A stretch of 64,000 bases of DNA, taken from contig JAQGDQ010000043.1 in the NCBI GenBank assembly GCA_030141605.1, positions 1 to 64,000 of the forward strand, in the 5' to 3' direction. The notes under the pieces were generated by a model that worked only from the letters and a program-made list of their open reading frames with translations, was not told the DNA's origin and made no database searches. The DNA is from Tubiluchus corallicola. Lineage: Eukaryota; Animalia; Priapulida. Positions 41,181 through 55,994 of the stretch are shown here, in pieces (positions within the stretch are counted from its first letter, which is position 1; every line of letters starts with the position of its first letter). A program made the position numbers and the translations under genes.

Positions 41181-44100
41181 TTGCCATCAGAGCATAGCCA
41201 GGTTGCACAATTCTGGTAAGCAGAGTATTTAAAATCACTTGCATCGTGTATGAATAAAATGTCGAAGAGTTAAATCTACCCATATCTGAGATGTACTTCA
41301 ATCATGTTTGAGTTTAGCTTATCCTAAATCATTGTTAACCTCAGTCGTAGGCGAACCTAACAAAATGGTATACTTATGTGAGGCCAGTTTTGTCCATTGC
41401 TTGTACACCTAACGTAACAAGAGATTCCTTAAATTAGGATTAAATGATGCTTCACCAACCTTCGCACTCGCTTTTTACCTACTGGCTGATTGTAAAGAAC
41501 TGGTTTGACTAGCAACAACAGAAATGTGCTTTCATTTTGTTTGTGTATATTTCTGAATAAGAATAAGAGTTTTTGCGTTAAGTATATTTAATGATACATG
41601 ATGTATACAAATTTTTTATAATATCAATATGACATTTGTTGGCTTCATGCAGGCAGGTTGGCTTCATTAAGGGTAAAACATTGTGGTACTACTGGCATCG
41701 GGAATTATGTGTTTCCGCTTATCGGATCGAATTTGTCTGCATGGATGTGTGATTTAACGTGAGCGGAGCATGTCGCAAGAATCACTTTCAAGTTGACAAG
41801 AACTCCTTGGAGGGACAGCATTAATCATATTTTGACGTAAGGACTGCGGGGAGTAGGATGTTGTTCCCCACACCGCTGTCCGACAGGAACGTACTGATTT
41901 TCCTATTAACCCAATGTAGGTTTTTCAATCTAATATTAATTTGGTAGTCGTTTTTCTGCATCTGATTTGTCTGATCTTGCGTATTGTTTTACATGGGATT
42001 ATGTGATTGATTTTAGTTCACTGCTACACTTGTTTTGACCAGTGGCTATATGAAGGGTTTTATTGAAATTAATTAAAATGAGTTCTTTTAGTTGGTTATC
42101 TTGTTCAAGAAATATAATCTGTCATGGTTCTTGATGCTCTTTGCTTTAATGAGCGAAGCAATGAGTGACAGAACAATTTGTTTTTATAGTTTTTTTATAT
42201 AATTATACCTTTCTATTTTTAAAACACTAGTACGTCAACCTTAGATTTTGCCTATAAATTAAGTAGAAAAGGGCTAGTAAGATACTGGGGGTCTCACAGT
42301 AGTTGTTTTCTGTAGTTTCCATTATCTTAAAATTTAGAGGCACCTAATCACGGGCTAGCACTTGTATATTATGCTCAGCTGTACTTTTCAGATTAATTAT
42401 GCATCTGATTATAGTGATTTCCTTCTTATTAAGCAGATCAATCGCTTTTAATGCACTTCTCCGCACCTGTGATGTTTCGTTTATATACCTGTCTACATTA
42501 CCCAATCAGCATGTGAGGATTAGGCAGCCAGAAGCCATGTGGGCAGGTGTGGGACAATAGGAATAATAGTTATTGTGAAACTTAGTGCTAATAAACAATT
42601 AAACGTAATAAGATTTCTGTCTTAGTATGGTTAGGCCGTCTTAATTTCTTTGGTATCATCGAGATGCCGTTGATCTCTGAATTACTAAGTCCTGTACTAC
42701 TTTTCATTTCTTGCGCATGCGTAAATTCCACTTCGAGTAGACATAATAAACCAACGACAGGCATTTTGTTACCAATACTACCGGTTTTCATCATAATTAT
42801 AAATTGCTGACATTGTAAAGCAATTGGGAGCTTTAATTTATTTATGAAATTTACATGTTTAGCACATCCTTAGTTGATTCAAGAAGAACACCCATTCCTG
42901 TCATTAACAAATCACGAATACGGTTTTTCTGAACTTGTGTTTACATATAATTTGTAATTACCCTACCCAATTGGCCTTGTTTTCGGCTATCCGTATGAAA
43001 AGAACGAATTGAGTATTACAATTAAATTATGACAGTGAACTATTACAGGGGCCTGTTAACGCAGGCCAACGTTCAAAACATAAGAGAACAACAATAAAAT
43101 ATATAAACAAAAACGCGAATAAAAACGTATTTTATTGACTGCGATTTTTCATAGGCTGTGACTTATTAAACCTTTTTTTGTTTTCTATAATTAAATTTCA
43201 AAACAGACAGTGATTGGCGGCCTCTAGTTTTGCCAGATTAAAACGGGTCTAGGCGGCACTGGGCTCTCGCGCATTCAGATCTGCAATTCTAATATTATTG
43301 AATTGAGCAAATCAAATTTCGCACATCAGGTCCCATCAACTGATGGGAGAAGACGGAATCGGTAGAGGCCAAAAGTCGTCCAATCCGTTTTGACGCTGAT
43401 ATAATGAAATATTTTTCTTCAAGACGGTATACTGAATCGGACATGATTTTGCTGTGATTCTTTATTCTTAGGCTTATACGTGTCCTGTCATTTTGTGGGC
43501 TGAAAATAATGAAATCTAGTGAAAAAAAGCATTGATTATCATTTGTTAAAATTGAAACAAATCACGTGATGCTTGATGATAGTGCCTACACGCTCGACGT
43601 ATAGGCTTAAATAATAAGTAAATAAATAATGACTGGCGTTGACAGCGGTTGCTACTCTTTTGTTCTTTGTATTTGGTATAAATTAGATGTGTTAAAGCCA
43701 GCTGCTGCTGCCGCCGCTGCTGTTACTGCTACTTACAGTAGAAAACTCACTACTATAGAGAAGCACAAATGAAAAGTTTGAAACTCTTTTAATCAGATCT
43801 GTGTTTAAAAATGGCCGCTAAAACGCATGAACGATTTGCCGTACTACCAAAAAGAGGCATTTAAAGCGCAGTATAAAATTTCTTTTGTTGAAATAGCTCT
43901 TCCTATAAACTCAAGTTTATTTATGGGCGTATTAATGTCTGAAGTTTACACACCGAGCAATGGGATAAATTATGCCAAAATCCGAGTGTGTAGGCAAACA
44001 TTGCTGCCGGCATTTTCATCAGTCTCGTGTGAAATTCAGCTAAACAAAATTAGCTGCTAACTTAATCAGCATCTTATTATGCGCAGCAGGATATTAGTAC

Positions 44101-47100
44101 GTACTCACAATTACTGCGTACGCCACGCGCGCGCACTGAGTCTGCGCTCCCGTGAAATTCTATCGCGGTGGCGAAATTTGTGAATTTGTAATTGTTTTGA
44201 GAGAGATGTAATTTCATTTCCGGCGCGAAAATTGCCAATTTGTCCCGTTCGTGTCCGCCAGTTAATACGATGCCTACCAATGATGGTAAAATATGCTGCG
44301 TGGTTATGGTTTAATTATGCAATTATAAGAGTACATAATTATTATGTAAACCATAACCCTAAGCTATATTTGGTTGCTTCTAGACAATCCCTATACAATG
44401 ATGATAACATTAATTATTTTGTTAAGTTTAAATTTTACATACAAATTTAAAAGTAGAGGCCATAGAACCACCCCTTGTCAACCACCATGAGTTATATTAA
44501 CGGGACAGGTATTGATAATTGGAGAAGTTATTTTGCTAGCCATGAGTAAACTGTATAAGAGAAAACTATGCAGATCATAACTGAAAAGCTCAAATTTTCG
44601 CATTATGAATTCATTGCAGAATATCTTCTGACAAAATTTCTCTAGCAGAACCTATTTGTCAACTATGATAGCAAAAGGCTTAGCATTTTGATTTAATCAG
44701 ATCATTTAATTCAGCCAAACCGACCTTAGTGAATCCTGCTGTACTGTTTGGCCAATAACCAATGACCACTAACCAAAGTCTTTTCCAACTTATTGAATTG
44801 CATTGTTTTTGCTTCATATATCGGATTAAAACTATAAAGACCTAACAACTCAGCTGTAATGTATCGATTTAACATACGTAGTTGTTTGCAGACTTGGTAT
44901 ATTCTCACTCGATTTAAATGAATCTGCGAGAGGATAAGTATAGTGTTGCGTAATTCTGTCATGTCAGACGCATTCTCACTAATTCCCAATTAAACACGGA
45001 TTTGTGCGTTAGTGCTGCTCAAGCAACCTAAATATGCGCTGGTACATCTTATCTAGTCGAATTCTTTCAATTTCGAAAAACTTACAAAGAAACATGTTTT
45101 TACTTTATCACATAGATTCGATACTTGCACGCCACACCTATAATTTGCTAAAGAAGTTCTATAATGTATTAACAAACATCTAGTTTTTGTTGTTATTAAC
45201 ATTCTTATTGCTTCAGGTGGTTTTGCTGCTTCTGGTTACTTTTAAAGCTGTGAATAATTATTGTTCGATTTCAGCGCAGTTCACAGTGTTTTGTAATTTT
45301 CCTTAAAATGTAAATAAAATCTGGCAGAAATATTAATAAGTTGGACAAATAGTGCACTCGGTGCAGCGAATCCGTCGAATAAATAAAGATTAAAAAAGTA
45401 GATCGGTCTCGCTAAAAGGGTGAAATTATATTATTACGCGGTTTCTTTTTTGAGTGTTCTCGCACGTTTTCGTTTTCCTTGCAAAAACACTAGGAAATAG
45501 CTACATGGCTAATTATTTCCTTATTAAATAATTTCTTTTTTGCACTGTGTTCGACAAATTATTTAAAAAGCATCGTACATGTTAAAAATGGTGTCAAACT
45601 AGCCAAACTGTCTAGCGCCATGTTAGCAGCTGCAAATGTACTATGATTCTACTTTTCATAAAAGACCAGTAGTAAACTTTCCTAATTTGACTCCATTAAG
45701 AGACGTACTCTAACGATAACATCGTGCCGAAGTCTCAATAGCATGATTGTAAGGTTTTATCAAAAACTTCGAATTAAGTCAAGTTTTCTTAGACATGCAA
45801 AGTATTAAGCGTATTTACTTTGCAGTTTTTTAATCAGTCTGTGGTATATAGTTTAAACGTGCGAATGATGCGCATAAAATAGATAGCCTTTTTAGTTGAC
45901 GACACAAATATAGTTTTGTTAAAGCTACATATTGTCGTGTTTAGTGTGCATGCTTGAGAAAAGATCCAAAGAAAATTTGACAGAAATCAAAAAGTGTTAC
46001 AGCCGCCCTTGGGACATGCAGCTAATGGGCATATAGCATTGAATGATGTACTCGCCATTATGAACGGCTATGAATATGCAAACTTAACATGGTAATCATC
46101 TCCCTAATGCGTTAACATTTCTTCAACAAATGTATGACGTAGAGGGAGTGCAAGACGTACAAACAGCAAGGGAAACAGAACTCTGTATGGTCCATTTTTC
46201 TACATGGCTAGTGTCTTTCTGAGAACAAAACGGAAATGGCTTATGCATGGACTTCGCTGAATGACTTAAACCGGTGAATTTTTTTTGACAAACATGAGCA
46301 AGTTTGACCTCTGGGAAAACAATTGTGGTGAACAGTCACGCAGTGTCAATTTCGAGCAGAAGTTTGATTTATATATAATAACGAATCGGTGGTTTTATCG
46401 ATGGCGTCACTATAAATGATATATAAGAAACTCATTTTTAGTCAGGACTAATATAAAACCATTATTTGCTGAAATAAATGATTAACTCCACAATATGTGA
46501 CTTCGTCATTAGCTGCTGTTGATGTTACTGTAACACACGTAAACCACTTCAAGCATGACATGTTTCGGTAGAAGGTTGCTTGAAGTCAAATTATCTGGTT
46601 TAGTGTCTTCTTCGAAAAGCGATAGAAATTAATATGGTGTTTTAGCTAAGGAAGCCACTTTGAAAACCCTGAATGTTTGAGTACATACTAGTTCAATTTA
46701 TCATCAGCGTTGTAAAACAGTGATTTCTGAAAACGATTGAATAAGTATTGCTGAAAGCGATTAAATATGTATAGGATAATAGGATATGTGCCTACACTGG
46801 ACAGATTCGCTGCCCATTTGCAAGATTTGCATCTTTTTATCTTCCTATACAAGGTTAGTCAAGGTAGCCCGGTTATTGCTGTTGTATGCTATATCACTAG
46901 CTTGTCTCATTGGTTTTATCTTAGAGAAATTTAAGTTCCTCTTATACCTACGTGTTCATTTTCACGGATATTTCAGCGTTATTTTCTGATGATCTCGCGC
47001 TGCTGCTTAATCTATTATTAATCCATTCTAATGACTCAGTTCAGCTTGTCTACCTTATTACCTATTATCCTTCATTATGTCTTGCCAATTGGGAAATCCT

Positions 47101-48299
47101 CTTAGAGATGGAATGAACATGTCCACTCTTAAAAGATTTTCATACTTTGTTACTACGCAAGAGTAACCTCAAGCGATGTATTGTATTGGATCAAAATCAT
47201 TCGTTCTGGTTTTTGAAATTAAGATGTTCAGAAATGACTATTTTCGTTTGATTTGTCTTGCCAGTTTGATTGCATTATGTTTTTGTAACGGAACTATGCT
47301 TGTAATTTCGGATTTTACTTAAGTCTTGGGTATCAGAAAAGCAGTATTTTATGGAGGTCTGCCAGCTCTTTAAAACCATTGGTAATAACGGCACTGTGAC
47401 AATGGCAGCAACATGCAGTTGTACCATCTGCGGCTGTAGTAACACCTAAGGCAGCTTAGATGAGCAATAAAGTGTCATCAATGAGTTTGAAATTCTGTCT
47501 AAACTTTTCGAGTAAAAGTGAGCAACTACCAATCAACTTTTGGTGCAAATTGGTTTCTTAACAGTTAAAACATGGAGAAATCTGACCGCAGAAATTTCCC
47601 CGCTAGCAGGCCTGTTTAAAAACAATAACAAGAATTGCAGCATCTCTAAAAATTAAGAATACTAAAAGAAAAAGAAAAAACACCTTAACAAATTCAAAAT
47701 CAGTTTGAGCCGATTTGAGTAAACCAACTCTCTGCAAATAATCTGTAATTTTGCGTGTCGCGCAAACTGGCTTCCCAAAACGTCTTTCAGTGCCAGAATG
47801 AAATCTGCTTGTAAAAAGGCACATTAGTAGTACTGAGAACAATACCCGGGGTTTTAGGTAGCTGTCAGCTTTTCTGCCGTAGCAACAAAACCAGCGACAC
47901 TTTTGACGTGGAATTAGGAGCTGATTCGCGCGCGGAATTAGCGCGCCGATGAAAGGGCATTAGGCTTGTGTTGTTTAGGGATTGCCGACTTATCTAATTG
48001 CCGCTAAATGACTTGTTTTGATTGTAGTTTTTCTGATTTTGCCGCTCGTGTGTTTTAACTGTGTGTTTTATTGTAGTTGCTAAAGGGTAGTGTGTCCACA
48101 TGTTCGTATATGGCGTCTCACAAGGTGAACTTTTGTCGCCGCTTATGTTTATATCCAGGCAGTTATTACTGCTGATTGTTTTTTTTTAATTATTTTGAGC
48201 CAAATTAACTTAGGTATTAAAGGATGCTTTTTAACTGCAAGGTAACATTCTTCTCTTGAATATGTATGCGTGTTTTAGTAGGAAAAGGAAAAGTACTAA

Positions 48300-48455
48300 A
48301 GGAAAACCTGTACAATATAAATTATAAAAGCTTCTATTCATGTATAGAGTTAAACATTGTTTTAGAGATTATAATTTCTTCAGGCAGAATAATTTATTTC
48401 TTAAAACAACAACAACCATTTAAAATTGTCTAATGGTTATAAATCTAGTTTTCCT
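48300..48455. mobile_element. Possible further short MITE with AGGAAAAC...GTTTTCCT termini
   Basis: ctaa|AGGAAAACCTG ... CTAGTTTTCCT|taaa has the same terminal 8-mer as the family, with degenerate TTAA-like flanks. Confidence 0.4.
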
Positions 48456-49462
48456 TAAAATCCCTAGCTTGGTTTGTCCAGTATCACTAAACTGGAACCT
48501 TTACGTGTTACCCGCTGCTCCTTAGAAATCACGTGTCACTAGTCCGCTGACTTTTTCTTGGTTTACACAACTCCTGGAGACACTTATTTTACGGCATCGT
48601 TATGACAGTGATTCTGTAACAAACCTGACTTCACTGAATACTATCCTGTCGCCTTTAAGATTTTTCTCTGAATTGGTCATCATTAAACCCCTGTTACTTG
48701 CAATCCATCCCCCGAAGTCGCATTATTCTCTTGCGTCAGATCGTATCAGGTATACATTGTAGGTAAATGTACGAAACATGCACGCTTCTGGCCTCTTCAT
48801 CTTGTTGCTTTTATCCTGCTGGAGTCACGTTTCCGACACGTCTTTCGTTTTTCCCTGTCTTTCTTATTCTGCTTTTAGTACCTTCTATAAAGAGGTGAAA
48901 AACGAAGCCACTGAGATTTTGTTGTGTATTGGGAGTATTGGGTCACTTTGCCGAAATTGCTCTTTTCCGTACTTCTGGAAATAAAAGAATTTTGTCATGA
49001 AATCTTCTACTGTAACAAGCTTTTGTTTTCCAGTAATATAAGCTTCTTCTGTTTATTAAAAAAACACGTTTGTATGTTTGTTTGTCTTGAGAGAGAGAGA
49101 GAGAGGCTTCAAGTTTAAAATTCAGTACTATAGAATTTAATTGGTTTTTCGATGAGAGACCAGGCTTTGCAGAACAGTATTTTGTGTCTTTGTGTCACCA
49201 GAACTTCGAGTGACACGGCTTTTTTGTTGGCTTAGATATCTAGACTTGCGATTGCTACACATATGCACAAATCTTTAAACCTGTTTATTAAAGCAGTGTG
49301 CATTTTATGCTACTTGCTCTAATCGACTGCTTTTATCAAGTGCCTAGAGCTTGAGTAATAATGAAAATTCGAGGTATTAATGAAACTGCCATGAAAGACG
49401 CGATGCTACAAAAAATCAGATGAAATGATAAAACAAACAATGTAATGGCATCTCAAAAAGAT

Positions 49463-49498
49463 AGCGCTTTGTCACGAGAGAGCGCTTTGTCACGAGAG
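49463..49498. repeat. Perfect 18-bp tandem duplication AGCGCTTTGTCACGAGAG x2
   Basis: Directly visible. Confidence 0.9.
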
Positions 49499-52400
49499 CA
49501 ACATGCGTTATGTCAACTCGCCGTTATTATTGCTTTCCTAATTTAGTCTAATTTGATAATTTTTGTCACAAATGTCACTGAGTGCTTTTTTTCTGAAACA
49601 GATGTCCAAGGGTCTCCTCATTTTCTTCTATTATGCAACTCAGTAATTCAACCGCCAGATGTCAGCATCTTCAGTTACACTTGTTGTGACACGCGGACAA
49701 CGTTCTGTAAGCCATGATTGACATGAGGACAAGTGAATAGCCCAATAAAGGCTTGTCAGTTTTTAAATGCTCGCGTCGAGTGTCATTTGGTTCTTAAGAA
49801 TTATATTTTCCTATTGGTTTTTATGACTCTTCACAAAACGCTTGGCAGGTCATGTTACTAACTAGCGATGATGATAAAGTTATGAGCTGCCAACAGTACT
49901 TAATTAGGGGAGTCCAATTAACACTGTTATCACATACAAAGCCCTGAAATTTTACTGGTATGTTTACTCAATAATTCTTGTGCAAGGAGAATGAGACTTT
50001 TTCATTTTTTACAGTTATCTTTATAACTAAATTACATTTGTTACAATTATCTTCTAACCTGCTAAGGATCCGAAAAAGTTTGCAATCACTCCTGTACCTT
50101 AACAATGTGGAGAAGTTCTATAAAATTTTTACCTTAAGTTCTTTGTCAGCCTGTCCATCTTACGACTATCGTTTTTGGCAAAGCCAACGGATGTAAAACC
50201 GGCTTTAGGGAAAGTAAGAGCCGAAGAATGGCAGATGTGATTATGACTTATTTCAGCCCAGTTAAGTGTAAGACAGTGCATTGTGATTATACGGGTAAAA
50301 CTTTCGGGTCTGCAAGATTGGCGACTTTGCATCATTAGTATGCATTATGCGTGATGTTTTGTGACGTTTGCAAAAACTAATGCGTTTGTTTGTCCAATTA
50401 CTCGATGCGCGAAGTCCAAATATTTAAGTTATACAAGAAAAGGTAGCTTAGGATAGGACTTCTTGGAGATTTGATTACAATCTGACTGAAATCCCTAACT
50501 TTTAACATAAAACTCCCAATAAAAGTTTTTTGTGTATGTTGAATTTATGGTCCAGTTTTCACCCTTTGCATGGACATAGGACACCCTTTTCAAGAACATA
50601 GTATTCAGTTATTCATTTATACAAACACTTCACATTGTACAGGTTACGAATTTAGATCTGTTTCATTTAGCGAAACCTTTAATTCACCAGCGCATGTTTC
50701 TTTTTTCTTAATCGTACTTTTCATTTATTCAGTTCTTATTAACCCACTTAAGAACAAAAACCGTGCATTTCACAAAAGATACAATAAGCTAAATAATTGT
50801 TCAGGTTTATAATAAAATAGAAAATGAAATAAAAAGGGTTTTACAGAACTGCCGCTTTTGTAAAAATGTTTGTTGACGTGTTGATAGCTTATAACTTAGT
50901 GTCTGCGCTTCAATTTTTTTAATATTTTTGTTTTTGTGAAATACTGTTTAGCTCAGTAGTCTGAACTTGTCACCAAATAGTTATTATAGAAATCGCTAAA
51001 GTATGCGCATATAGTTTCGTATTAAATTTTGACCCTGTTGCCCAATCTCATAGTTTTTTACATTGGCTTAATCACAAAAACTCATTAAACCATGCTAGAG
51101 AGTTACGACTTCATTTAATTAGTTAATTAAAGGGATAATGATAATAATTATGTCATCATTAATTAAGTAATTAGTCGGGTGTCGAGTTGCGATTCGCGCT
51201 TTTTACGACTCTACTCGTTTTTCGGAGTTTATCACCACTATCCCTGTTGACTTTAGCCTATTAATTAGGGGCATAAATCGTTAACAAAGTACTAATTTAT
51301 GCGCTGCAGATTATAGTTGTGCGCATAATGATTATCATTAGTTGCGCCTGGTCGGTGTTAAGTTGTGATTGGTTTGTAGAATTATCGTTTAGTTAACGGT
51401 AACATTTGCATAATTACTTATCCGTTTTGAGGGGTTGTTGTAGTATTTTAATACATGATCATTCGTTCTATGTTTTTTTTGTTTAAAAGCCAATCAATGC
51501 ACAGCAAAGCAAAACGAAAACGTCACGCAGCACATTGTAGCTTAATGCTGCAGGCCAGTGCCTGTCAGCCACATTTTCTCAACGGCAAGGAGTCATATGG
51601 CTCATGTTTTATTGTTATATCCCGTTTTAAAATTAACTATTACTTGCTAAGTGCCGCTCTTCCAATCAGCGTTTATTTAACATCAGCGGATATTTAGTAA
51701 CAGCGACTGTAAAAAAATCCTTCATTGTAATTTAAAAGGTTACTAATTGATTTATTTATTCCCGTCAGTATAGAGATATCTTTATTGTACATGTACACTA
51801 CATTAATTACACATAGGTACTTCCTACCATTAATGGCATTAACACGACATTGTATTAAAGTACTTAAAAAGTTATTATTTGAATCACCGCCTAACATTTT
51901 CTTTAACTGTACTAACTTACGCAACATTACGAACCTTCGAAACTATGCAAGCTCACTGTGTGTGTGTTTTTTTCTTTTTTCTCTTTTCTGTTGCAGTATT
52001 CTGAAGTCATCATTGCCCTAACCTCAGTCCTGTAATAATCTATCGAATATTTTCCTTTCCTGTAATCAGGCAGTCAGAAGCTAGTGTTGTAAGTTTAGGG
52101 GTGGCTTTGTAATTAATCAAGCGGAACCACACGAATTACGTGTATGGCTTCCAGAGACAAATTGATTCGTCTGTGCTATTATTTCCCGCGTATTAATTGG
52201 TTACTTTTTTCAGTTTTAATACAAGTTTTCATCTTGAATTTCTGTTATTCTCTCGACATCTTTTTATCTGTTTCCCGTTGATTTAAATTTTTTTGTGTCC
52301 TTGTAGCTTCAATCTTAGTATCTGTATACCATTTCTAATTTCATTTCTAGTTTCTAAGTTAAGATTTTTTTGTTACTTTTGTTCTTTTCTTCTTACCCAG

Positions 52401-55400
52401 CGTTAGGCTATTCTTGAGATCTCGCCATAAAACTTTTTCGTGTTCGTACATGTTGCTTTTTTTCTTTTCATCTAATAAATTTCATTTTCTTTTCGTTCTG
52501 TTCCTTCATTTCCTTTCTTTTACTTTTTTGGTACATTTAATTTTCTTAGTTTTTTCAGACATAGCTTATTTTTGCAATGTGTCGTAGTAACAACTTTATT
52601 AATTATCACACTTATGGTAGTTCCTACTTCATGTCCTTCGCTAACTTCATGCACTTTGAATATGATAGCTTGCAGACAGAAACTAATTGTGATTTTCGTT
52701 AGAGAATATTATTAGATTATAAGTGATTTCACGTAGCCGTCGTTTGGTGGCAGCAGTATAAGAACTGTTGTAAAGGCAGAATGGAAATCGTATCGGTATT
52801 TTTGACCGGCTGGTGCTGACGTACATAACGACAATTGTGTAAAACAAAGTGAAGTTATAAATTTCCGTAACTGCAAATAATTCGCCAGATATTAAAGCCA
52901 TTGTGCTCTACGCAGGTTGTCATTACGGAACAGGTGCTGGTGTGGAATACGCACCTGCCTGTCGGTCCGCTGAACCGACGAGACCATTCAGTACCGCCGG
53001 TTTTATACCTGGTATTCAACCTCACTATGTAATGGCTTCATACGAACAAACATCCGGTTCATAGTGTAGAGGGAGATAGGGTCGGTTATGTGACATTTCG
53101 CCCCATAACAGTATTGACCATGTTGCTATATTGCAGTCGTGCAATGTATGTATTATCGACTGGTATAAATAAAAACTGTTCTGTGGAATTATCCTGGACA
53201 TCGGGTTCTCTTTTGAACAATGTTAGGTAAAACTTCTTATCTTGTCAGGTGTTGTTTTTCGAAATAGCTGGTTAAATTGATTTTATGGGTTTAGTAATGT
53301 TTTCCTCGTACTTTTCGCTTTTTAGTTTTAGACCTCTTTCCATTGGCTGTTTAGTTAAACCATTGTTTGACCACCTTTTTGAAATTTTGTGCTTCTACGG
53401 TAAGAACGTGTTTTAGTGACACCTATACAATAATTCAACAAGTCAACACCTGGTCATTTGCTTAATTTTATTTGTTAAATTGTGTTAATACTCTTATGAA
53501 TAATTCACCTGCCTACTGTGGCCACGTTGTCAGCATTTTAAATCCAAAATACCGCATCGTAAATCCTTCAACGCGTCTCAATGTCATAAACATGTTTCAT
53601 ATTAATAACACGCAGTGCAAAATAATCCCCAAAAATCCTCTTCGCGAAGCTTTCCACAGCTTCAATGCAATGAAAAATTATTTAACATCCATGCAGTGCC
53701 ATTATTTGTCATTGTCTTTTAGAGCCCGTATTCACTATTCAGTGCGTATGATAATTGCACTTCTAGAAGTTTTCAAATTATTAAGTGGATCGCTATTATG
53801 CAAAGCCGTGTGGTTATCTATAATTATGGTTTTAACTTTCGAGAGAATGAAAATTACTTCACTCGCAACGTTTCAATTTTGTAAAGATAGGTCTAATAGA
53901 AATTTTTGGCCTCTCTCTGCAAAAATAGCTTTTCAGTTTTCTCTGCCGTTGTAGAGAACGCTGTTTACAATAATTTTGCGCAAAAACAATAATTTTTTGT
54001 GGTTAAGCGAATAATTTTCAACCTTACGATGTCCTTTTTCTATTCTGTTTTGTTCTGCTTATTGCACAGATGTTTCATTTTTTTCTGTCTTATTTCTGTC
54101 TTTGCATTTAGTAAAAAAGTAATAATAATCAGTCACCCGTCTTTCAAGAGTCTCTTCGTGTGGTCCTCTAAGAACTTCTCTTGATTGTTAGTAGTACATG
54201 GCCGCCCAATTGCACCTAATTATTAATTGCGTTTGTGGCTCTGTAATTACTCTGCAATGCCGACACAGGGGAAGAGGAACATTAATTGGTTTCTAATGAG
54301 ATGGCTAAAGAAGAGTTTTTTGTCACATTCTTCTGCAAGACATTGTCCAATGGAAGACGCTTGCTGAGGCGCTGATTGACTGAGCATCCATAGAGACATT
54401 CTAGCACTACTTCATTATTTCTCTCAATTGATTTGATTTGTCCACGGATGAATAATCGTACTCATCCTGCATGTTCTATGAGAAAAGAGGTAGCCTGATT
54501 TTGAAAAGATGTTATCATTAGGAAGAGTGTATGGGAAATTGTTGATGAAGAACAATATGCTAATTGTAAAAAACATTTAATTAATAAATTTTTATTTAAG
54601 CGTTCCTATGTTTGTTCTTATGCTACAGGTATACAGTAAAGATTTGACAGAGCAGTAATCCATATGTACTGACATGAGTAATAAAATTGGAATTTGCTGA
54701 AAAATAATATGGTTGCTATTGAATTTGGTTCGCTAGTCCTTATAAACATCATGTACAGAGATTCTTAAAAATCAAAATGCTCAACAAATGATGTATTTGT
54801 GATATTCTGACGTAATTTTTCAGTGGTTTCAAACTTGGCGATAATTTAGGGCAGTGTATTGGGACCGCTTTCTTGGAAATCGGAACGTTGGAGTAACTGC
54901 CATGATAACTGATCAATTTGATTACCTATGAATCATGCAATGTTAGAAAATAATCATTACCTTATTCAAGAATACCCTATCCGAAGGTGTTCTAGAGGTA
55001 ACTATCTGTAAACGGTCCTGTCTCAAATACCTTTTGAAACCGTCAACTGATGAAGCACTGATGGTAGATGATAGAAGTCGATCCCATAACTGAATTACAC
55101 CTTGCTCAAAAAAGTGAGATCTGATGTTGGTTCTAGATTGTACTGAATAACATTGCGCATGCTAAAATAGAGACGTGTTACTGTTTTTCGTGGAATAGTC
55201 ATTACTACACACAGAATGCTTGGTTTTGGTTCAGCTTTGCAGAGTCATTTATATTTGTCTTATAGGTTTGATATCGTCATCACTGTTGTCACCGTCTTGA
55301 TTAGCATCACTATCATATAACGACTTATTTCATTTTTATACATAACTTGCTTTAATCCTGAATTGTGTCTTGGGTTTTTAGACCGAAAAGATTCTCACAA

Positions 55401-55798
55401 TATAGCTGTTGTCTAGCGTTTCAGTGTATCAGCAGAAGTTTCTTACAACAATGTCTGGAGTTAACCGATTTCAATTCTAATATACGGAATAAATTTGCAC
55501 TCATTGTGTTTTTTTCAAGTAAATTAGATAAAAAGTATGATTGTAACCTAATTATCAGTGAACTTGGATTCAAACTAGGTGCTTATTCATACTAGCTAAA
55601 TACGTTTCTGCAGGTACTCAAACTTTCATTGCCCTCTGGTACCATTCTAAGTTCACTCTTCACTCTAAGTCTCTGTTTTTTGTCATCGATATTGGCTCAT
55701 AAGTTAACTTCAGAATATACAGTTAATTCTTTGATTTAAGCATTATGGTAATTTAGTTAAGTAATTATTAGTTAATAAATGTTTTTATTTACTTTCAG

Positions 55799-55910
55799 CA
55801 TGCCCGGCACCCGCACAGTCCATTATTTATGTACAACAATCATGATGCCTTTGCACAACCACCTCCAGCTCATATGGGTATTCCTCCGGTTGCTTTTGAC
55901 CCCAAAACAG
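55799..55910 (+). CDS. Tcf: Tcf internal exon A (112 nt, phase 0-1): [37 protein letters not shown](G)
   Basis: Acceptor ttttatttactttcag and donor CAG|gtataa. [15 protein letters not shown] is a conserved TCF central-region motif. Not in the ORF track. Confidence 0.93.
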
Positions 55911-55944
55911 GTATAAAGAGTTAAAAGATTTTAACAAATTTGCA

Positions 55945-55994
<50 letters not shown>

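Noticed and set aside
53472-53954. 160-aa ORF upstream of exon A
   Set aside because: Non-ATG start, AT-rich intron-like composition and no TCF or other recognisable motif.
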